This document shows, one piece after another, positions 58,408 through 64,000 of a stretch of DNA of 64,000 nucleotides (within the stretch, counting starts at the first letter, position 1; each line of letters opens with the position of its first letter). The position numbers and the translations under genes are program-made. The stretch lies in assembly GCA_007376485.1 (NCBI GenBank), contig VMGJ01000001.1, forward strand, positions 41,788 to 105,787. Reading direction: 5' to 3'. The notes under the pieces were generated by a model that had not been told where the DNA came from, ran no database searches, and saw nothing but the letters and a program-made list of their open reading frames with translations. This DNA is from Parcubacteria group bacterium Licking1014_17 (GTDB taxonomy: Bacteria > Patescibacteriota > Minisyncoccia > 2-02-FULL-40-12 > IGHO2-01-FULL-4-A).

Positions 58408-59805
58408 TTACTTTGAAACCAATGTTTCGTGGGTTTCGGCTATTTCGGCGGCTATTATTTCCTTGCCGACGCTGAAATATTTTCGCGACAGGCGCCGAAG
58501 AAGAAATGTAAGAACAGAAACTTTGAGTAAACTGCCGAAGAAGTAACCCAATGCCAGACCGGCAACGCCCATATTGAGTTTGACGGCGAAGAAATATCCG
58601 GCGCCGACCGCCAAAGCCAGTCCGCACAACCCGACTATAACCGGCGTGATGCTGTTTTTAAGCGAGTAAAACCCGCGGGCAATCAGATGATTCAAACTTT
58701 CGGTCGGAATCGATAATGAAAAGAACCCGAGGGTGTATGCCGTTGTTTTTACCGCCGATTCAGTAAAAGCGCCGCCGCCTAAAATGTAGGCAATAAGCGG
58801 CTGGCGGATTAAATACAATAAAATTGCCGCCGCGACGGAAGTTAGGAGTATTATTTTCAGAGTGAATTTTATTTCTTTGGAAAAAGCCTGCCTGTCTTTT
58901 TCGGCGGTCATTTTCGCCAGAACCGGAAACGCGGTGAGGGCGAAGGTAATGCCGATGATATTTATGGGCATGCTCTGGAATTTATTGGCAAAATTTAAAA
59001 TTGCGATTGAGCCCGCGCTCAAAGTTGACGCAATAATGGTAAATCCGAGAAATATCATTTGCTCAACCGGGTGTCCGATCATTTTCGGCGCCATTAACCT
59101 AAGAAATCTTTTATACTGGTCGTTTAATTTAAACTGGAATTTGAATTTATAATCCGATTTCCAGAGTCCTATCATCCGGGCGACTAGATGGAGAACCGCG
59201 CCGCCAATCGCGCCGACCGCGGTGGCGTAAATGCCGATTTTATGCGAAAGAAGCAGCGTCCCTGCAATTATGCCAACATTGTAAAGAACCGCCGATGTCC
59301 CGTACCAGAAAAATCTTTCTTCGCTGACAAGCATGCTCCCAAGAGTATTGCTGATGGCAAAAATTATGGGTGACAAAAGAAGAATCCGCAATAAATTGAC
59401 AAAAGTGCTTCTTGACGCCGCGTCAAATCCGGGAACAATCAAGTGGCTTAAAAACGGAGCAAGAAGGAAAACTATCAAGCCGACTATTATAACGACAACA
59501 AGCGAACTATTAAGAACTGCATTGGTAAATTGTTTGTGGTCCTCGCCGCGGTTCTTTAATTCCGCGAAAATAGGGATGAAAGCCGCCGTCAGGGCGCCGG
59601 CGACAAAAATGTTCAATATCAAATCAGGCGCCGTAAAGGCGGCGTTATACGCATCCAACGCGCGGGCGGCTCCGAATTGCTGGGCAAGAATCCTGTCCCG
59701 CAAAATACCGAAAAGATAGCTCACGAGAGTGGTAATGGCCAAAACCGCCGAACCTCTGAAAAAGTTCTTTCTGGAAAATATTGAAGAAAATAAATTACTC
59801 ACCAT
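58408..59805 (-). CDS. murJ: lipid II flippase MurJ/MviN
   Basis: 465 aa, 14 TM; N-terminal 'LFGILRDRILAQQFGAARALDAYNAAFTAPDLILNIFVAGALTAAFIPIF' matches MurJ signature. Confidence 0.8.
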   Translation of the reverse strand: MVSNLFSSIFSRKNFFRGSAVLAITTLVSYLFGILRDRILAQQFGAARALDAYNAAFTAPDLILNIFVAGALTAAFIPIFAELKNRGEDHKQFTNAVLNSSLVVVIIVGLIVFLLAPFLSHLIVPGFDAASRSTFVNLLRILLLSPIIFAISNTLGSMLVSEERFFWYGTSAVLYNVGIIAGTLLLSHKIGIYATAVGAIGGAVLHLVARMIGLWKSDYKFKFQFKLNDQYKRFLRLMAPKMIGHPVEQMIFLGFTIIASTLSAGSIAILNFANKFQSMPINIIGITFALTAFPVLAKMTAEKDRQAFSKEIKFTLKIILLTSVAAAILLYLIRQPLIAYILGGGAFTESAVKTTAYTLGFFSLSIPTESLNHLIARGFYSLKNSITPVIVGLCGLALAVGAGYFFAVKLNMGVAGLALGYFFGSLLKVSVLTFLLRRLSRKYFSVGKEIIAAEIAETHETLVSK

Positions 59806-59892
59806 CAGATATTAGCACGGCTTTTGATTCAAAAAAAGTTGTCCACAATTGAAGCGCACGGAAACGTAAGTTATATTTATTGTTAAAACATT

Positions 59893-60306
59893 ATGGACGT
59901 CATGGATAAACAAGTAGTGATTTTATTTATTATTGTTTTTATCGTAATTACTTTTTCGGTTTTTGGGGCGAGTAATTTTATTGAGAATCTACATTTCGGC
60001 GGAGACAGCGCCAATGCCTCGGATAACACAGGCATGAAAATTATTTTGACCAACGACGGGATTTTTCCTGACGTCGTAACGATAAAATCCGGCGGACGTG
60101 CCGTTTTCCAAAATTCCGACACGCAGCCACATTCAATCGGGCTTGAAAAAAATGGCGATGCCAGTATTTGCGCCGGTCTGGCGAACGTTATTATTCAAAG
60201 CGGCAGATATTATTCAAATACTTTTCACGATAAAGGTATTTGCCGTTTTTTTGACCGTTCCGGCTCTGCAACGGCCGGTTTCAGGGGAGAAATTATTGTG
60301 AAATAA
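59893..60306 (+). CDS. hypothetical membrane-anchored protein
   Basis: 137 aa, N-terminal TM, small beta-rich domain with Cys/His residues; fold not assignable. Confidence 0.5.
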   Translation: MDVMDKQVVILFIIVFIVITFSVFGASNFIENLHFGGDSANASDNTGMKIILTNDGIFPDVVTIKSGGRAVFQNSDTQPHSIGLEKNGDASICAGLANVIIQSGRYYSNTFHDKGICRFFDRSGSATAGFRGEIIVK

Positions 60307-60340
60307 AAATCTGCGATCAAATACCATAAACTGGTTGGGA

Positions 60341-60465
60341 ATATATCTTTTCGCAGATGCTCGGGCTTTCCAGCGAAGCCCTCGCTTATACCTCGCCAGT
60401 TTTCCCGCACTATATCAGTGCGGGGCCAAGCAAAACTGGCTCGCTGTACTGCTCAGAGATATATT
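60341..60465 (+). repeat. structured intergenic element family A, copy A4
   Basis: Terminal stem 'ATATATCTTTT'/'AGAGATATAT' (G>A and C>T compensatory vs A1); apical hairpin 'CCGCACT-ATAT-CAGTGCGG'. Confidence 0.8.
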
Positions 60466-60545
60466 TCCAGCCAGCCATCATGCATCGACTCATAGTCGGA
60501 TTATTATGTTGGTTTACTATTATTAGCATATGCTATAATAAAAAG

Positions 60546-61847
60546 ATGATGAAAGCCGGCATTATTTGCTTAGTTTTGTTCGTGTTCGCGGTGTTTTGGG
60601 CGCCATCGGCTTTTGGCGTCACCAATGTTCAGCAGGAGATCGACATCAGAAACAAACAAATCGAAGAGATCCAGAAACAAATTGACCAGTATCAAAAAGA
60701 AATTGATGCCAACAGCAGTATGGCGCGCACTCTGTCGAGCGAGATTGGCAAACTAAACGCGCAAATCGGTAAAATTCAGCTTGAAATAAAAAGCCTTGGC
60801 ATTGCCATAGAGCAGACCGGGATGGAAATTCAGAATACATCCGGGCAAATTCAGGAACTGGAATCGCAATTGAATTTGCATAAGGCGGCAATGGGGTGCT
60901 ACCTGGCTTCTTTAAATGAACTGGATAGCCGCAGCCTGACCGAAATTCTGTTCAAACATCAGCGGCTCTCGGAATATTTCAATCAGATAAAAGAGCTGGA
61001 GGACACCCAAAACAATTTACAGTTGGCTATCGTCGAAATAAAAGGGATCAGGAGCGATTTAGAGGATAAAAAGCTGACTTTAGAAAATAAAGAGAACGAA
61101 CTTCAGGATTTAAAACGGTTCCAGGTATCCGCTAAATCCAGTTTGGAACAAAACAAAACAGTTAAAAATAAAATTTTAGTTGACACGAAGGGGAAGGAAG
61201 TGAAATTTCAGGAGCTTGTTACAAAAGCCCAGAAAGATATTGAGGCGATTAAAGGGCAAATCGGGTATTTGCTCCAGCAGGGCATTACCGTTGAGGATGC
61301 CATCAAATACGGGGAACTGGCGGCAATGCGCTTGGGAATCAGACCGGCGTTCTTAATTGCCTTGTTGGATGTAGAATCGGGCTTGGGTAAAAATGTCGGC
61401 ACGGGTAACTGGATGGACGATATGTATAATTGCTATTTGAAATTAGGAAAAGAATCCAGAGCTGCCCAGGAAAAGGATGCCTTTTTTGCGATTGTAAACA
61501 AGCTGGGTATCGATCCGAATAGCGTAAAAGTTTCCCGGGAACCGAATTACGGTTGCGGCGGCGCTATGGGACCGGCGCAGTTTATTCCGACGACATGGCT
61601 GGCGTATGAAGCTCAAGTTGCCAATCTTACCGGGCATACTTTGCCGAACCCATGGAATATAGAAGACGCATTTACAGCGGCGGCGATAAAACTGGCTAAA
61701 GGTGGCGCCGCCGACAAAACCAGAACGGGCGAGATAAGAGCCGCGAAAGCGTACATAAGCGGCAGTTCGACATGCAGTTCGAAAATCTGCAATTATTATT
61801 CGAATATAATTTTGAATAAGGCGGCCATCATCGAGAGCAATCTCTAA
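60546..61847 (+). CDS. coiled-coil + SLT-like lytic transglycosylase domain protein (PcsB/CwlO-like architecture)
   Basis: ORF open from 60357 (inside repeat A4); ATG 60546 'MMKAGIICLVLFVF' signal; long Q/E/I-rich coiled coil; C-terminal 'LLDVESGLG..CGGAMGPAQFIPTTW'. Confidence 0.65.
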   Translation: MMKAGIICLVLFVFAVFWAPSAFGVTNVQQEIDIRNKQIEEIQKQIDQYQKEIDANSSMARTLSSEIGKLNAQIGKIQLEIKSLGIAIEQTGMEIQNTSGQIQELESQLNLHKAAMGCYLASLNELDSRSLTEILFKHQRLSEYFNQIKELEDTQNNLQLAIVEIKGIRSDLEDKKLTLENKENELQDLKRFQVSAKSSLEQNKTVKNKILVDTKGKEVKFQELVTKAQKDIEAIKGQIGYLLQQGITVEDAIKYGELAAMRLGIRPAFLIALLDVESGLGKNVGTGNWMDDMYNCYLKLGKESRAAQEKDAFFAIVNKLGIDPNSVKVSREPNYGCGGAMGPAQFIPTTWLAYEAQVANLTGHTLPNPWNIEDAFTAAAIKLAKGGAADKTRTGEIRAAKAYISGSSTCSSKICNYYSNIILNKAAIIESNL

Positions 61848-63109
61848 TGTTTACCAGAAAAAACATAATAATAGCGGTTGTCGTTATTTCAATTGCGTTG
61901 GGAGTTCTGATCAGAAACGCGGCAAAAAGCAGATCGTGGGCGATTAACGAAATAAATGTCAAAAACAGCAACGCCTCCGCGCAAAATACGAGTGTTTTCG
62001 GAAAACCGAAAATAAATCTTCCCGCGAAAATCGCGGAGGGCGTTGAACTGTTGAAAAAATCGGCGCCGATTGAAGTCGAGAAGGGTTTAAAAAAGGGCAA
62101 GTCCGTTGACAGGCGGCAGATTGCGCTGGCGATTCTCGATACGAACACGGGAGCGGTGTTTGAAAAGCGCTATTGGCTCAACAAGAACGAGCTTGAAATG
62201 TACGGCGACTCGGGGATGGTAAAACTGGAGCCGATTGACCCGAAAAATGATTTAATTATCGAGGTCAAATACTGGAACGGCTATAACTCTTTTCTGGATG
62301 TGTCTAATAAAGACGGCATGATTGTCGTCGCCAATAAATACACGCTTTCCAAAACCAGCCTCGGTTCGTTGATAGACGATAAAACTAATGACCGGCAGGA
62401 TATTGTTTACGTGCCTTATTCGGAATCTTTGCAAACCAAAGAAATGATTAAGGCCGGTAAAAGATACCTGACAAACACGGTTGAGCGGGCAATGGACGAT
62501 TTGGAGCAAAGAAAGGTGGTTTCAAAAGCTGAACCGGATAAATTAGTGACGAAGGTGTTTGACAAGAATTTTATAAAAAGCATCGCGCTGGTTGAGCATA
62601 TCGACCCAAGTGAATTTTATCTTGCGGATGACGGCGGCAAGGAGCTTGTTGAGCGCGTTTTGACGATAATCGGCGCCAACAAAAATCTGGCGTATAAATA
62701 CTCCGGTTCGCCGGCTGGGGCTTACGGCATGGCGCAGTTTATTGAACCAACTTATGATGCCATAGCCAACGCTTATCCCGAAGCCGGTTTGATAAAAGAT
62801 TTCAGGCAGGGCATGGCTGACCACGTGAACGCCATTAAAGCGATGTATCTTTATTTTGACATTCATAAAAAAGAAATTGACGTTCAGATAGCCGAGAAAG
62901 GACTTACGGATAAAAAGGGGATTGAAGAAGAAATGCTTGCCGCCACTTACAACGGCGGTCCCGGCAATGTCCTTGAATCGGTCAGGCAATTTGGCTTTTC
63001 GTGGATTTCAAAGCAAAGCGAACTGTCGCCGTCAAAATCCATAATGAAAGACGAAACCCTGACCTACGTCAAAAAATTCCGAGCGGTGAGAAGTTTATCG
63101 GTGTTTTAG
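61847..63109 (+). CDS. SLT-like lytic transglycosylase domain protein
   Basis: N-terminal TM; 'YSGSPAGAYGMAQFIEPTYDAIAN' SLT-like; start overlaps upstream stop. Confidence 0.55.
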   Translation: MFTRKNIIIAVVVISIALGVLIRNAAKSRSWAINEINVKNSNASAQNTSVFGKPKINLPAKIAEGVELLKKSAPIEVEKGLKKGKSVDRRQIALAILDTNTGAVFEKRYWLNKNELEMYGDSGMVKLEPIDPKNDLIIEVKYWNGYNSFLDVSNKDGMIVVANKYTLSKTSLGSLIDDKTNDRQDIVYVPYSESLQTKEMIKAGKRYLTNTVERAMDDLEQRKVVSKAEPDKLVTKVFDKNFIKSIALVEHIDPSEFYLADDGGKELVERVLTIIGANKNLAYKYSGSPAGAYGMAQFIEPTYDAIANAYPEAGLIKDFRQGMADHVNAIKAMYLYFDIHKKEIDVQIAEKGLTDKKGIEEEMLAATYNGGPGNVLESVRQFGFSWISKQSELSPSKSIMKDETLTYVKKFRAVRSLSVF

Positions 63110-63160
63110 CTATATACTAGCTGTTCGCCATTACTTTTTTGCACCACTTGCTTTAACTGA

Positions 63161-63288
63161 AATAAACACAGTTTTTCGCAGATGCTCGGACTTTCCAGCG
63201 AAGTCCTCGCTTATAGCTCACCAGTTTTCCGCTAATGAGCGGACCAAGCAAAACTGGCTCGCTGTACTGCTCAAAACTATGTTTATTT
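63161..63288 (+). repeat. structured intergenic element family A, copy A5
   Basis: Terminal stem replaced by 'AAATAAACACAGTTTT'/'AAAACTATGTTTATTT' (different sequence, same pairing); apical hairpin 'CCGCT-AATG-AGCGG'. Confidence 0.8.
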
Positions 63289-63333
63289 CGGGGGATAATA
63301 GCTATGCAGAAGCTATTGAACCATAACAAGCTA

Positions 63334-63362
63334 TTGACATAAGTATTCATTCGTAATATCAT
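63334..63362 (+). promoter_or_regulatory. sigma70-like promoter
   Basis: -35 'TTGACA'(63334-63339), 17-nt spacer, -10 'TATCAT'(63357-63362). Confidence 0.45.
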
Positions 63363-63456
63363 ACCCATGGTACGTTCTTTTTTAATCTTATCTAACGTCG
63401 CCGTGATGGTGGCAAGTAGCAATCTGCTTTGAGGCGTGATACCTCTGGAGGAAATC

Positions 63457-63858
63457 ATGGATACAGAGAAAAGAAGTAAACGTGAAATTCATGCGCTTGA
63501 GTATGCCGTAGTGGAGCTCATGGTGAAACTGACGGAACTTACGAGAGGGGTAGTTGAGGGATGGTGTGTTGAGGGGGGATTGAATTTGGAAATTGTTGAT
63601 AGGATTGATGAATCACAGGATATCATGGTTTTCATTCATCCCGTGAACTGGCCCGATGAGTCATCTTATATTTCCTGTGTTTTTATCCCCTTCGGAAAAT
63701 CGTCGTGGCGTCCCTACAAGGGGATGATTAGTACCCCACATTTGGCCAATTTCAAGAAGTTGTCTTTTCGTTATAGCGGGGGGAATATATATGCGCTTGA
63801 CAAGAATACCCGCGAAGAGATTATGCTCCGTGAAGCCATATTAAGACGATACAGATGA
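63457..63858 (+). CDS. hypothetical protein
   Basis: ATG 63457 with SD 'GGAGG' (ORF track starts at GTG 63436); 133 aa; hairpin terminator follows. Confidence 0.5.
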   Translation: MDTEKRSKREIHALEYAVVELMVKLTELTRGVVEGWCVEGGLNLEIVDRIDESQDIMVFIHPVNWPDESSYISCVFIPFGKSSWRPYKGMISTPHLANFKKLSFRYSGGNIYALDKNTREEIMLREAILRRYR

Positions 63859-63880
63859 TTTTTGATTTTGTGAAAAATTT

Positions 63881-63920
63881 AAAGTCCTGCGCGTTCACCA
63901 GCCGCAGGACTTTTTTATTT
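63881..63920 (+). terminator. intrinsic terminator
   Basis: 'AAAGTCCTGCG-cgttcaccagc-CGCAGGACTTT' + 'TTTTATTT'. Confidence 0.65.
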
Positions 63921-64000
63921 ATCTGTTTTTTTGTATAAAGATAGAATGCGGAAAATATCAAAAGAAAATAGTCCCCTTGTCTATGTGGCTATGAGTGGCG

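Noticed and set aside
60357-60545. ORF-track start of the 496-aa protein at 60357
   Set aside because: The first 63 codons translate repeat A4. The genuine start is ATG 60546 ('MMKAGIICLV..' signal peptide).

Overview
This 64-kb window is a dense, mostly plus-strand bacterial segment. The housekeeping content (reduced ProRS, mreBCD-PBP2, groESL, lexA, murJ, tgt), small intergenic spacers and giant repetitive surface proteins are consistent with a reduced-genome lineage with a Gram-positive-like envelope, possibly Patescibacteria/CPR (inference).

Recognisable core genes are proS (5' partial), mreB-mreC-mreD-mrdA (PBP2), greA, lysS, serS, an ftsQ-like gene, groES-groEL, tgt, an RNase-H-like 3'-5' exonuclease, an RRM RNA-binding protein, an ArsR-like regulator, a UvrD-like helicase fused to a PD-(D/E)xK nuclease, a PspC-domain protein, a HlyD/MacA-MacB-FtsX efflux triplet, YggT, CapA, a CPA2 antiporter with an RCK domain, lexA, murJ, and two SLT-domain peptidoglycan hydrolases.

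Two things stand out.

1. Two related families of ~125-150-nt intergenic elements, family A in 5 copies and family B in 6 copies. All lie on the + strand, and 10 of the 11 copies begin 6-55 nt after a + strand stop codon. Every predicted stem shows compensatory base changes between copies. That is strong in-sequence evidence for a conserved secondary structure, most likely a structured RNA, whose function is unknown. Next to copy B1 is a separate 137-nt element closed by a perfect 19-bp stem, possibly an SRP-RNA-like molecule.

2. A ~20-kb cell-surface locus (20.2-39.8 kb). It contains:
- two paralogous Ser/Thr/Gly/Asn-rich giant proteins of 868 and 2762 aa, the larger carrying near-identical ~856-nt tandem repeats;
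- a Wzy_C (O-antigen-ligase / O-oligosaccharyltransferase-like) membrane protein with TPR repeats;
- a small protein sharing the giant protein's C-terminal domain;
- two paralogous proteins with a signal peptide plus a C-terminal membrane anchor;
- a dockerin-like/cohesin-like module pair with carboxypeptidase-regulatory-like domains;
- a 16-residue poly-Gly tract.

Other notable items:
- a CIRCE-like operator plus promoter upstream of groES;
- an ArsR-like gene bracketed by two copies of a 34-bp palindrome, perfect in one copy;
- a tandem pair of GT-C glycosyltransferases;
- a translationally coupled three-gene operon of unknown function that encodes a membrane and a secreted protein.

No rRNA, tRNA or CRISPR arrays were recognised.
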